A DNA stretch of 64,000 nt from NCBI RefSeq assembly GCF_009914755.1, contig NC_060932.1. One strand, written 5' to 3'. The position numbers and the translations under genes were made by a program. Below the pieces are notes generated by a model. The model was not told the origin of the DNA. It searched no databases and worked only from the letters and a program-made list of their open reading frames with translations. The DNA comes from the human T2T-CHM13v2.0 reference genome, Homo sapiens. Shown one piece after another: positions 46,609 to 59,996 of this stretch. How positions within the stretch are numbered: position 1 is the first letter of the stretch; each line of letters starts with the position of its first letter.

Positions 46609-49380
46609 TGAGGACAGCTGGTTCACCCGCCTGGACTTGAAGGACGCTTTCTTTAGCATCAGACTAGCTCCTGAGAGCCAGAAATTGTCTGCTTTCCAGT
46701 GGGAAGATCCGGGGTCAGGTGTCACCACTCAGTACACTTGGACCTGGCTTCCCCAAAGGTTCAAGAACTCCCCCACTATCTTCAGGGAGGCCCTGGCTCA
46801 AGACCTGCAAAAGTTTCCCGCCAGAGACCCAGGCTGTGTGTTGCTCCAGTGTGTCGACGACCTCCTGCTGGGACACCCCACAGCAACTGGGTGCGTCAAA
46901 GGAACAGATGGCCTGCTCCGGCACCTGGAGGACTGTGGGTATAAGGTGTCCAAAAAGAAAGCTCAGATCTGCAGACAGCAGGTACACTACCTAGGATTTA
47001 CTATCCGACAGGGGGAGCGCAGCCTAGGATCAGAAAGAAAGCAGGTCATTTGCAACCTACCGGAGCCTAAGACCAGACAGCAGGTGAGAAAATTCTTAGG
47101 AGCTGTGGGGTTCTGCAGGTTATGGATCCCAAACTTGGCAGTACTGGCCAAACCTCTGTACCAAGTCACAAAGGGAGGCGACCACGAACCTTTTGAATAG
47201 GGGTCTCAACAGCAGCAAGCCTTCTGTGAGTTGAAAGAAAAACTCATGTCAGCCCCAGCCCTGGGTCTGCCTGACCTGACAAAGCCATTTACACTATATG
47301 CATCAGAGAGAGAAAAAATGGCAGTTGAGGTTTTGACCCAGACTGTGGGACCCTGGCCGAGGCTGGTGGCCTACCTCTCTAAACAACTAGACGGGGTTTC
47401 TAAAGGTTGCCCCCCATGTTTGAGGGCCTTAACAGCAACTGCCCTGCTAGAACAAAAAGCAGATAAACTGACTCTTGGGCAAAACCTGAACATAAAAGCC
47501 CCCCAATGCTGTGGTGACTTTAATGAATACCAAAGGACATCATTGGCTAACGAATGCTAGACTAACCAAGTACAAAGGCTTGCTCTGTGAAAATCCCCAC
47601 ATAACCATTGAAGTTTGTAACACCCTGAACCCCAACACCTTGCTCTCAGTATCAGAAAGCCCTGTCGAGCATAACTGTGTAGAGGTGCTAGACTCAGTTT
47701 ACTCTAGCAGACCTGACCTCTGGGACCAGCCTTAGGCATCAGTGGACTGGGAGCTGTATGTGGATGGGAGCAGCTTCATCAACCCACAAGGAGAAAAATA
47801 TGCAGGATATTGAGTGGTAACCCTGGATACTGTCATTGAAGCCCAATCATTGCCCCAGGGTACTTCAGCCCAGAAGGATGAACTCATTGCTTTAATTCAG
47901 GCTTTAGAACTAAGTGTAGGTAAGACTGTGAACATCTACACTGACTCTCAGTATGCCTTCTTAACCCTCCAAGTACATGGGGCATTATACAAGGAAAAAG
48001 GCTTGTTAAACTCCAGAGGAAAAAACATAAAACATCAGCAAGAAATCCTGCAACTATTAGAAGCAGCGTAGAGGCCCCAAAAGGTGGCAGTCATGCACTG
48101 CAGGGAACACCAGCGAGCTCCCACTACAGTTGCTTTAGGGAACTCCTGGGCTGACTCAGAGGCTCGGAAAGCTGCATCCACCCGCTACCGGGCGTCAGTC
48201 ACAGCCCTCCTTCTCCCTCAAGCACCTGACCTTGTACCTACTTATTCTAATGAAAAAAAAAAGGACTTTTGCCAGACAGAAGGAGGACAAATAATAGAAG
48301 AAGGATAGATCCAGTTACTGGATAAAAGGATAGCTGTGCCACAACTGCGAGGAGCCACAGTTGTACTGGCTGTGCATGAGATCACCCACCTAGGCCAAGA
48401 GTCACTTAAAAAGTTGTTAGGCCAGTTATTCTACATCTCACATTTATCAGCCCTTGCCAAAACAGTGGCACAGCAATGTATTACCTGCCAGCAGCACAAT
48501 GCGAGGCAAGGTCCAGCCGTTCTGCCCGGCATACTAGCTTATGGAACAGCCCCCTTTGAAGATCTCCAGGTGGACTTCACAGAAATGCCAAAATGTGGAG
48601 GTAACAAGTATTTACTAGTTCTTGTGTGTACCTACTCTGGGTGGGTGGAGGCTTATCCAATACAAACTGAAAAAGCTCGTAAAGTAACCCATGTGCTTCT
48701 CCGAGATCTTATTCCTAGCTTTGGACCACCCTTACGAATCGCCTCAGATAACGGGCTGGCGTCTGTAGCTGACTTGGTACAGAAAACAGCAAAGTTATTA
48801 AAGATCACATGAAAACTACATGCTGCCTACCAGCCACAAAGTTCAGAAAAAGGTAAAACACATAAACTGGCACTCAAGCAGCTACTGAAGAAATATTGCC
48901 AGGAAATTCATTTAAAATAAAATCAAGTTTTTGCCTATGCTCCTCCTCCAAGTCAGGTGCACCCCCACCAAACAAACTAGGTAGTTGCCCTATAAGATTT
49001 TGTTCAGTCGGCCACCCCGCAAATCATAAGTCCCCCAAATTAAAAGTAACCTCCAGGAACTAGGGGAATTAACCTTAAAAAAAGCAAATGCAGGCTTCAG
49101 GAATAGCCATACAAAGTGTTCATAATTAAGCACACAAAAATGCCTATAAGCCTGACACTCCTTTAAATCTGGTGACTCTGTTTCGGTTAAAAAGTAAAAT
49201 CTAATTTCTCTAGGATCCATATAAGATAGGCCCTATACTGTAATCTTGTCCACTCCCACTGCTGCTAAAGTTGCAGGTGTTGTTTCTTGGATCCACCACA
49301 GTCGGCTAACACCGGCATCTCAGGACAAGTGAACCAGCCAGTAGGACTCAGATCATCCAACCCAGCTAATCCTAAGATGA
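46609..49380 (+). pseudogene. ERV pol remnant (RT, RNase H, integrase)
   Basis: LDLKDAFF, LPQRFKNSP, LLQCVDDLLL (RT); YVDGSS, NIYTDSQYAF (RNase H); HEITHLG..CITC, LQVDFTEM, SDNG (IN); many stops. Confidence 0.92.
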
Positions 49381-49479
49381 GACTGCGCTGCTGAGGAAAC
49401 AACAAGCCCTGCTCTAGTCACACACCAGAAGCTGACTAGTCTACCCACGGCCGAAGCTTTAGGACTCGTCAAACAAGTA

Positions 49480-50164
49480 ATATAGTTAGAAATTTTAGGC
49501 CTAGTAGTATTCTTGTATACTGTTTTACTATTGTTCTGTCACTGTACTCAATCTTTTTCCCAGGTAAGGACCTCTTTTGTCCTTGCTAGCACTTATATAT
49601 AAGTGTCCCCACTGTACACATACTACTTAGTCAAAGAACCCAGACCCGTCTGGCCCAGCAGCATTTCCAAGTCTTTAAATCATTCTTTAAGCATATAAAC
49701 CAAAAGTTACCAGAGCCTCCTCCCTTAGCCGAAAACATTGCCGGCAGCCTAGGCCATGTTATGTTTGTGGAAAGACTAACATAGGAGACCAATGGCCTTA
49801 GGAAGCAAAAAAGTTAATGCCTCAAAATAACTATACTCTGACTAATTCTTTCCCCGAACAGACGCCCACAAGTTCAAGCTTCTAGCTGTTAAAAACTTCC
49901 ATTATTAAAAACCAAACCCCCATCTACATGCTCAATCAAATCATACAGTTGAAATAATCATACAGTTAGAAATAATCACTAATAAAACTGGCAGAGCTTA
50001 ACTTGCTTGCTGCTGTATTACCCTTATTCCTTCAAATAATAAAAAGTTTTGTTGCTAGCTTAGTTCATCAGAAAACCTCGGCACAAATGTATTACATGAA
50101 TCATTATCCATCTGTCTTGCAGGAAGACCTAAGTAGTGAAAATGAGAATGAGAACTCCCACTAA
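49480..50164 (+). pseudogene. ERV env remnant, heavily deleted
   Basis: LAENIAGSL, CYVCG..GDQWP, TPIYMLNQII, LEIITN and cytoplasmic tail ...VHQKTSAQMYYMNHY...ENENSH*. Confidence 0.75.
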
Positions 50165-50189
50165 TAAGTGAGATTCTCACAGGGGGGAA

Positions 50190-50642
50190 TAAGGAAGGAG
50201 ACCACCTCTCTTATTGTCTCATACCTCAGAAAAAGAAAGAGGAAGTAAAAGTTAAAGAAAGGCAAAAATGAAATCAATAGTCAGACAGCCCAGCGCCACA
50301 CCCCAGGCCTGGTCTGGTAGTTAAAAATCAACCCCTGACGTAACCGCTTGTATTATCTATAGATTCCAGGCATTGTATAAGGAAGCATTGTGAAACTTTC
50401 TGTTCTGTTCTGTCTTGATTACTGATGCATGCAGCCCCAGCCACATATCCCTTGCTTGCTCAATTGATCACAATCCTTTCACATGGACCCCCTTAGAGCT
50501 GTAAGCCCTTAAAAGGGCAGGCATTTCTCTCTCAGGGAGCTTGGTTTTCGGGACACAAGTCTGCCAAAGCTCCCAGCCGAATACAGCCACTTCCTTCTTT
50601 AACCTAGTATCTAAGGGGTTTTGTCTGCGGCTCGTCCTGCTA
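50190..50642 (+). repeat. 3' LTR
   Basis: Direct repeat of the 5' LTR following the PPT; poly(A) signal reads AATACA. Confidence 0.95.
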
Positions 50643-51489
50643 TGACAGTGCACTGAAATTGTGTGCTACGCCTTTATTTTCTACTTTGTATTTCTCTACT
50701 TTAGCACAAATTGAATTTTCTAACAAGTATTCCTGTCTGTAATTAGAGACAATTACAGAGATAAAAGTAAACACTCCCATAACTCTCTTAACTGAGAAAA
50801 GAGCTGGATACAAATGGAACAGCATAGTGTTCAAACCAGACACTGAAATGTTTTCTCAGAATACATTTCTGGGATATTTAGCAAGGCAGGAAAAACTCAT
50901 CCAAGAGACTGTTTTCATTTCAGGCTTCTAAATGCCTAACCCTTAAGGAAAATAAGGCAAGAAGAGCACAGCTCCTACCAGTGTGAGAGGTGCCTCTAGG
51001 AGAATGCAGTACAGATCTGATACCGTGTGGTGGGAGAAATCTGGTCTTTTAGGAAAACCTCTGGCCCTGTACTAACACTTTGGCACCTTTATGCTGAATT
51101 CCTTTTTTAAAATGTAAGTAAAAACAGATGATAAACTTCATCTAATTCATCTAAGAGGATTTAGATTTAAAAATGTAACTGCTGCACTGCTGCACAATTC
51201 TTTTAAAATTTAAATGGAATAAAAATTCAATTAAAGAATATTTACATCAAAAGGTACCTTTCTTAAGACAATAGGCTGATACTCTTCCTCCTCTTTTTGG
51301 TCAATTCCTCAGGTTTTTACTACTGACAAAAACCTGTCAATTCATTTCCATTAGCTATAAAACATTTTTTCCCCCATCATGACTTAACATCTGGGTGACA
51401 TACATAAAGGGAAACTGAGAAAATAATTCAAAAACTTAAATATCTTAGAGAGTGAATATAAAGTTTGCTTTATCTTAATTAAATTTTTA

Positions 51490-51891
<402 letters not shown>

Positions 51892-52455
51892 CTACACTTT
51901 ATTGATCCTTTAAATCCCACTTTAGGTACCTGTTTGTCTACAAAGCCAATCGTAAGCAAACAAAACCAAAACATGAACTAGATCCACAGATCCCCACACT
52001 TAGTCATGTGCACCTATGTGTGAAACCTGTAATTGATTTTATGTTTAATTATAAAGTCCACAGACTACATTATCCATCAGGGGTTTTCTTTACTGTCAAA
52101 ATGCTTATTTTCCAACTCTTCTGAATATTTATTTAGGCTGATACTTTGCAACAATCTGAGGTTTATGTTATGCCGGCATTTGCAATTCAACTGTAATTCA
52201 GTGGTGCATACTGTCCAGAAAAGTTAATACAGTCTTAGGAAACATTTCTAACTTGCAAAGAAGCAGCAACCTTCGATTGGGAGGCTGAATTACCAGTTGA
52301 TAGTGAGATAACAGCTGTAAAAAATTCCTCTTTACCTGGAATGGGTTTTCATATTTTTAAAAATCCAGTTATATTTGTTTTTTTCAAATACAGAAAACAT
52401 ATGACATTAAAGACATTTTCAAATGTTCCTCCACTAAAAATGTCATAATAATGTG

Positions 52456-52532
52456 GAAAATTCCAGGTACCCAGAAACAGACCAGGTACCCAGAAAATTT
52501 CAGGTACCTAGAAAATTCCAGAGACCCAGAAA
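52456..52532. repeat. Minisatellite, ~18-bp unit x4
   Basis: GAAAATTCCAGGTACCCA / GAAACAGACCAGGTACCCA / GAAAATTTCAGGTACCTA / GAAAATTCCAGAGACCCA. Confidence 0.85.
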
Positions 52533-55219
52533 GAGAATCTAGAAATTAATTTAGAAATTAGAATTCTAATTTAGAAATTAGAAATTAGTTCTGGAAAACG
52601 TTAAATCTAGAAATGTTATGTTTATTAAAAATCATGTGGAATGTTTTGGTAACTTGATTATTATCCTAAAAATTAGCTAAAACACATAAGAGGTTTTTTT
52701 TTCTTTAGTTCATAAGTAACTATTTTAATCACTGTATTTATGGCTCTGCACTTACAGAATAACTAAAATATGCAAAGCAGATAGAAACACCAGAGAACAA
52801 AGTAATATCCATACCCTTGGCCTGGTGAGTTTTTCTGTTATATTAATTTACCTAAGCATAAAAAATCTAGATGGTAACACTCTTATAACTTATTATGCTG
52901 CTTAAGAAAGGGCTGAACAAGAATCTAGAGACAAAAATGAAAAATTCTACGTGAGATCCTCTACCTACAAAAGTCAGTGTTTCTTTCCTGAAGTCCTGAG
53001 CTGTCCATATGCACATATCGTTGCTTCTGCATTAGAGGCTGATTACATTTAAAATCATTCTGTAGGAGAAAAACGATGACATCTTATGATGTGAAACGGA
53101 TGAATTAGGTGTATATACACAAGTTCTCTTAGTTGTCACTGTTTATATATTCTGCCAAATTTATGAATATAAAAATCCAGCACTGCACAAAAGAACAAAG
53201 GGCACACCAGGAATGCCATGGTGGGCACAAAAAGATAAGAGCTGCAGAGGCCCGCGAGTAGGACTGGCCTGCTCAGGCCTCCCAGCTGAGGGCGCCCAGT
53301 GGGTGCCACTGTCCCCTCCCTCCCCAGCAACTCTATTCCTCCTCCACCGCTCCTCACCCACTCTCAGTCAGGGTTATTTATAATCCATTGTTCCACAGAA
53401 ATACAGATGTGATGTGGAAGGGGAGAAACGCTGGTATTCTAACACCTACAATTCAAGGATACAGTTTTGAAATCAATCATAAAATAAATAAGTATTTTCC
53501 CATTATATAACTCCATACTCCATATGATATAAACTCAAATGTATCTCTACATTATCAAGAAACTTAATATTTAACTCCTTATAACAGAATCAAAATCAAA
53601 ATCCAAATCCATATCTGACCCAGTTCCATGATTTCATAAGTAACATAAATTACACTTAAAATGTAATTTTGAAATTATACCTAAAATTTTTTAAATTCAT
53701 GGCAGAAAGTAATAAATGTTAATTTTATTGTATCCAAAGTTACAATTTAATCTGATAAACAAAAACTTCAGGAATAATGCAATATCAAAAACCTAAAAAT
53801 CCTTTAGGGCAGAAAAACCCAGGGATGCAGGCAAAGTGCCGCTGCTGCTGCCTGTCACGCAGACCTTCATGCTTTCATCTGTGCTTGCATTTTAATTATG
53901 TTAAAATAATTATTTCACTATGGAGGGCTAAAATACACCATTTATAATAACTCGTTTCCATTTAAATCGAGCCAATGCTAAAAGAAAAACTCCACTGTAT
54001 TTTCAAGTTTTCACTTGGTAGAAAAGAAAACAATTTAGAGAAATTTACAAGATTCTTTAGAACACCAGCAGCATATTTTAGGTTAAAAAGCCCCTATTTT
54101 AGGCAGGTAGAAAGGTAGTCTTTATGAGTTTAGTATAGACAACTAGGTTACCTGAAAAAAGGTATTGATCCAAACTTCTTTTACATTTGGGGATATACTT
54201 TGCAAAAGATTACTTTCCAAATGGTATTCTATTTAGTCTCAAATTAAACTGGTATTGTAATAAATTATTACTTGAGCAACTTTCATTCTCTGGCACAGGG
54301 AGCCACAGAAATTTATAAGTCACAATCAAATACAGAGATCACAGGTGAATTTTAATCTTCCTTCATACAAAAATTTCTCTATGAAGGAAGTGTGGGAAAA
54401 TACTAAGCTTCTCCATTAAATGCAAAGGAGATAATCGTAGTTAAAACATTAAAATTTAAAAAGTTTGCCATATAATTAGAAAGAGAGAGGAAAAAAGAAT
54501 ACTCTCTCATAAAGAGCAAATAAACCAGTATTTCCCTGTAAAGACAGAATACACTTCCTCTTATAATCACACACAGAAAAATGTACTATGAGACTACATC
54601 AAGTTCCTAAATTCAAGAAAAAAGTCAAATTTAAAAATTTCATCTTCAATACATGATCATCTGAACAACAAAAATTCTCAACTAAAAAATTTCCTCCACT
54701 GGCAAAGGGAAAAGGTCAACATCCTATTTCACACACATCTTGCCTTTCATATTAGGAATATACATTTTTTAAAACAAGAAAACCACTAACCCAACAAGAA
54801 AGACTTCAAGAGAAATACGCTAATAAAATAATAACTGTATTTCAATAGCCCTAATTTCAACACAATGGGAAAATAAAACTTTGACTTTCACAGAAACTTT
54901 AGAAAAACATCTGGCAACTATAAGCTCATTGGTTGCAATGGCCTGAAATTCTATTAAATGCCAACATCCTTTAAATTAAATTCCTGAAAGAGATATAAAC
55001 AAACCATAAGATATGAAATTACTAAATAAATGATTTATGTTGAAAAATCTGGCTTGGGGTAAAGTGAAGTAAGGAGAGAAATCCTGTGATGTATCCTATG
55101 TTTTACTGACAGACCTGAAGTTTTTCCTCCTGCTAAACTGATAAAAACCATTCTGGGGTTTTCACCTTCTGTTTTGATCCCATTCTTCTTGCACTGAAGT
55201 TATGGAAAAAAGTAAAAAA

Positions 55220-56040
55220 CATTTTCAGCCCATCAAGTGCTGTCCACACTAGCTCTGAATCTACCCCAAGTCCATCTACTTCTTATCTCAATGTTTATCA
55301 TCTAGGCCAAGCCACCAACTACCTCAGCCCCAGACTACCATGAAAACCAGCTCAAATGCTCTTCATGCTTTCTCACTTACCCTTGCACAACCCGTTCTCC
55401 AGGGAGTAGCCAAAGTGACCCTTTCAAAACATAAACCACATCTTGTCATTCCCCTATTTAATATCCTTGCAATGGTTTTCAACTCATCTTACAGGAGTCA
55501 AATTATAGCCTACAAGGCCCTACACGATCAGGTCTCTGCCTACCTCTCCTGAACCATGTTTTTCCCCTCGTACCATCCTTCATGTCAGAGTTTGCCCTTG
55601 ACCATCCTTCATATCAGAGTTGCCCAACATTGGCACTCACATATACTTCTTTAATTCTAGGGACTGCCTGCATTACAGGATATTACCAGCACTCCAGCTG
55701 TCTATCCACTAGGTGCCAGTAGCACCTCCACCCCTGAGTGTCACAACCACATAATTCCCTGTACATTGCTTTAAACAAGCCAAGTTCGTTACTACTTCAC
55801 AGCCTTTTCACCTCTCATTCCCTCCACCTAAAATGCTTATTCACTCCAGTAATAGAGCTGTATGGCTGGTTACTTATCATTATTGTCAACTTAGCTATGT
55901 GGCCTACTCAGGGAGGCTTTCTCTAATCATCCTATGTAAAGTTGCACCCACTTTCATCATACCTAACATCATTTAACTTATCAGGGTACAGATTTGTACA
56001 CTTATCAGGGTACAAAGCTAGCACTCAAAAAGCACTTGTA
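55220..56040 (+). mobile_element. L2 fragment with embedded MER5-like piece
   Basis: GTGACCCTTTCAAAACATAAA...GCCTACAAGGCCCTACACGATC (L2); TATCCACTAGGTGCCAGTAGCACC (MER5-like, ~55630-55760). Confidence 0.55.
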
Positions 56041-56992
56041 AGAATTTACATAAATGTCATTATTTATGATAAAAGTGTTAAGTGGCAGGAACGTAATATG
56101 TAACACATGATACCACAGCAGTACTCCTGGATATTCTCCTACACTGTATGTGCCTGCATCTTCAAACGCACTCATGCTAGTGCATCACTAACCCTCTCCT
56201 TTGGAAGTGCTGGTAGCATTACTGTCAGTTACAAGCAATGTATATTTGTTCCTGATGCCTTAACAAAAAAACAGAGCATCCTTCCAGAGGCTGGGGAATG
56301 GAGAGGCATTTGAACTGTTTAGGATACTGCTGAAGGCACTGAACACCCAACCTACAGCTAAAAGCAGCTATGTCAAGGGGAATCTTCATTTCTTCTATTA
56401 TGTACACAAAGGGCTCACCATGTCTAAGTAGTTACTCTTTAATTGATCTTGTTTTAAGTGGGTACAAAAAAGTCACTAATTTTTATTTTAAAAATAAAAA
56501 CAGGCAATAAAGAAGCATAACTTTAGTTACTTCAAAAGCAAAAACTATAGTGAATGAAATGTGAGAGCTGAATCTAAGTTGATTTATCAGCTTTTAGTGT
56601 TTTTATGTGAATTGGTAAAATTCATCCAGTTTACCATATGCTGAATAGGTAAGCCTTGCAAAATTGTGGCGTCTCTAAAGGAATCAGTAGTCCAACTGCA
56701 TTCAGCTCCAAAAAGGACTGACTGACTTATGTCACAGGGTCCTTTTAGTTACTTCTGGAGTCGTTTTTGAAATTATTATTTTGAATATACACTCCTTGAG
56801 ACCTTTAGTGCAGTCCGTCTTTATAAAACTAATGTGTCATTGCTCTGAATTACTAAAATATATTTCTAAATTTTGAATCAAAATAACTAATTTTAAAAAT
56901 GATCATTCAAAGCATTTGCATAAGAACTTTTAGAATGGCAAGTGAGAGTTTGCAGACTAATGTACAAGTGTGAGCAAAAAGCCGTGGCATAC

Positions 56993-57106
56993 CAGTTGTG
57001 CACCATGAGCTTCTGCACGGCCAGCAGAGCATTATAGCGGACCTGCTGGTCTTCATGATGCATGTGGTTCATGACCAGCTGCTTCCCACCGAGCTGCTCG
57101 ATGACC
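56993..57106 (-). CDS. ATP6V1H: V-type proton ATPase subunit H, penultimate coding exon (114 bp)
   Basis: TTTGCAG acceptor (57107+), (R)[37 protein letters not shown](W), GTATGC donor (56992-56987); recognisable V-ATPase H C-terminal domain. Confidence 0.97.
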
Positions 57107-58528
57107 CTGCAAACGGGAGAGACGTGGTGAGGAAGATGCAATTACTCTCAAATTCACAGTTTGTAAGCAGGCAGCTCAAATACCAACACGCTAAAAAGGA
57201 AAGTAACAATGTACGTAAATAAACCAAACGTGTCTTTTTTTACATCATTTTCCCTGAACCATAGATTTACAGTATTCAAATACTTTCGTTTTTGAATTCC
57301 TAATGATAAATCCAACAGTTGTTCTCATTTCTCATCTCTAATCCAGAAACATATGATCTGCCTAGATACCACCCAGGCACTAGTATTTTAGATCATTGTT
57401 TTCTAAGTGGCTGAGTATTAACGTTTTTATTATCAGTATTTCTTGCTTGTTTAATATCAGTATTGAACACCATCTAATTTTCATAACAACATACAATCAA
57501 TATCAAGCCCACCAGTGACCGTGCTGCGTGAAGATAGGGGCTTAGATGTAGATAGCAGGGAACAGGGGGTTAAAGAGCACCCATGCTAATTTCCTGGAAA
57601 AGACTACTGATTTTAAGATATCCACCCCTTTGTAATAACAATGGGATATGCCATGTGACTTGGGCAGTGAGACGAAGGAGAACATTCATATCTTCGAGAC
57701 CACCGAGATGACTGACAACCGACACTGCTTTCTATCACCACACTTCCGACATCCTGAAAATCCACTTATTACAAACACAAAGGAAAGTAAAAATGGCTAT
57801 TTCTTCATGCATAGAAATTGGTCCTCTGTTTCTTTGCAAAGGTGTGGTTACAGACAGAGCTGTGGAGTCTCAGCTTCCACACAACAGTGTGGACTGCCCT
57901 GTCCATTCTTCAGCCACCAGTCCTGTCTAGTGGAGGATACCTACAATATAGTCAGTGACAAGCGGCACCTTAATGCAGTACAGTGTTTGGTGGTTTAAGA
58001 CAATCTCACAGATCAGTAATGTTTCTGGGGTCAGGAAGAAATAAGTAGATGGGGGTCGGAGTGAGAGGGAAGCTTTTATCTGCATACCTTTTCATATTTT
58101 ATTCTTTAAAGCATGGTTTTAAAAAAAATGCACTGAACTGAGGGGAAAAAAAAGAACATAATGTAACTATCATCAAACATTAACTGAGTGCTTACTGCAG
58201 GCCAGGCACTGTACTTTAAAACATTATCTAATATATCAGCTCAGCCATTTATCAAACATGTTAATTAGACAAGTCCTTTACCTGGTAAATTCCTCCCTGA
58301 CAAATAGGGAAGACAAGGACATCTTCACAGCGTTGCTGTGATGATTAAAGGACATAAAGCCTATGTCCCTGCAGGACACTAAGCCCAGCTGTGCAGCGAT
58401 GATGATACAGGCTGCTCTCCCGCCTCCCATTCTCACTGTAGTCAAAGGAATCTTGGCAAAACTCTGCATATGATTTTTACTACTTAAAACAATTCAGTGG
58501 CTTCTACTTGTCTTAACAAAAGGACCCA

Positions 58529-58840
58529 GGCCAGGCACAGTGGCTCATGCCTGTAATCCCAGCACTTTGAGAGACCAAGCTGGGACAACTGCTTGAGCCC
58601 AGGAGTTCGAGACTAGCCTGGACAACACAATGAGATACTGTCCCCACAAAAAAATTAAAATAAAAAATTAGCCAGGCATGGTGGTGTGTACCTGTAGAAC
58701 CAGCTACTTGAGAGGCTGAGGTGGGAAGATTGCTTGAGCCCAGTTCAAGGTTACAGTGAGCTATGATTGCACCACTGCACTCCAGCTGGAGCAACAGGGT
58801 AAGACCCTGTTTCTTAAAAAAAAACAAATAAAAATAAAAC
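58529..58840 (+). mobile_element. AluJ-type
   Basis: Dimer with J features; TSD-like ACAAAAGGACCCA / ACAAAGGACCCA. Confidence 0.92.
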
Positions 58841-58989
58841 AAAGGACCCAAATCCTTAAAATAGCTGACAAGGTCCTTTCACAGTCAGCTTTGGAGCCCC
58901 ACTGAGCTTCACAGAGCACGGTCACAGGCTGCTTGTTCTCTAGACTGCCTCTGAGGCCTGAGCTAGCAGCCAACAGCACCATAGCTCCT

Positions 58990-59410
58990 GGCTGAAGGAA
59001 CCTTCTCTAACACACGAGTTTTCTCCATAGGCACGTAACAGCCCCTTCTTGTGCTTAGGAACATTACACAGCACTCCAGAAGGTTTGGGGGCCATTTTAA
59101 ACAGGAAAATCACCACACACACACACACAAAAACCCCACAAAAATGCAAAAAAAAAAAAATATGGTACTAAACAGACCACGTAAAGGACGCTTGTTTCTA
59201 GCGTAAGAGACAACATGGGATGGCAGAACGCTGCCTTGTTCCCCCACAGCTGGGGATGTGTCCATTAGCGACTCCAATTATTCACCACTCTACACATGTC
59301 CATGGATAACTACAAAAGCGCCTCTAGTATTGACACAGCTGTTGAAAATAAACTTTTTAGTAGGTGGGCAAATTCACAATTCTGGAACCTGTGAATAATG
59401 AGGACCAAAT
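58990..59410. mobile_element. MER82-like TcMar-Tigger relic
   Basis: TTCTTGTGCTTAGGAACA...GGGGGCCATTTTAAACAG...AAGGACGCTTGTTT...GTGAATAATGAGGA. Confidence 0.7.
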
Positions 59411-59665
59411 ACAATCTCAGAAAACTGCCATGTTGTGAGCAAAATAGGACTGATTAAAAACATACAGCTCACACACCACTTACAGTAATATCAAATGTGA
59501 GCACTTTCCCCCACGTTGGGCACTGTGCTAAATGTTCATATTTTTCATCTCATGTAATTCTCACAACAAATAATACTGCCTAGCAAAAGCAGTGTTTTTG
59601 ACATTCTAAACCCTTGTTCTTATTATCACCAGCCAATAAAATTTTGAAAAGCTTTTAATGATTGA

Positions 59666-59996
<331 letters not shown>

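Larger units (their letters stand above)
44700..50642 (+). mobile_element. HERV-E/Harlequin-type (LTR2 family) provirus, internally deleted, antisense to ATP6V1H
   Basis: Two ~455-bp LTRs, tRNA-Glu PBS, gag/pol/env remnants, PPT AGGGGGGAA at 50181-50189; flanks ACGA/ATGA are a possible 4-bp TSD. Confidence 0.92.

Noticed and set aside
46637-48812. RT/RNase H/integrase ORFs as a functional or novel reverse-transcriptase system
   Set aside because: Fragments of an ordinary ERV pol with many stops, a mutated YVDD (CVDD) and a missing RT N-terminus
52456-52532. CRISPR-like repeat array
   Set aside because: Units are adjacent with no unique spacers, no cas genes, eukaryotic context
53282-53295. 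CTCF-like motif CCAGCTGAGGGCGC
   Set aside because: Mismatch at a core position; not supportable without ChIP data
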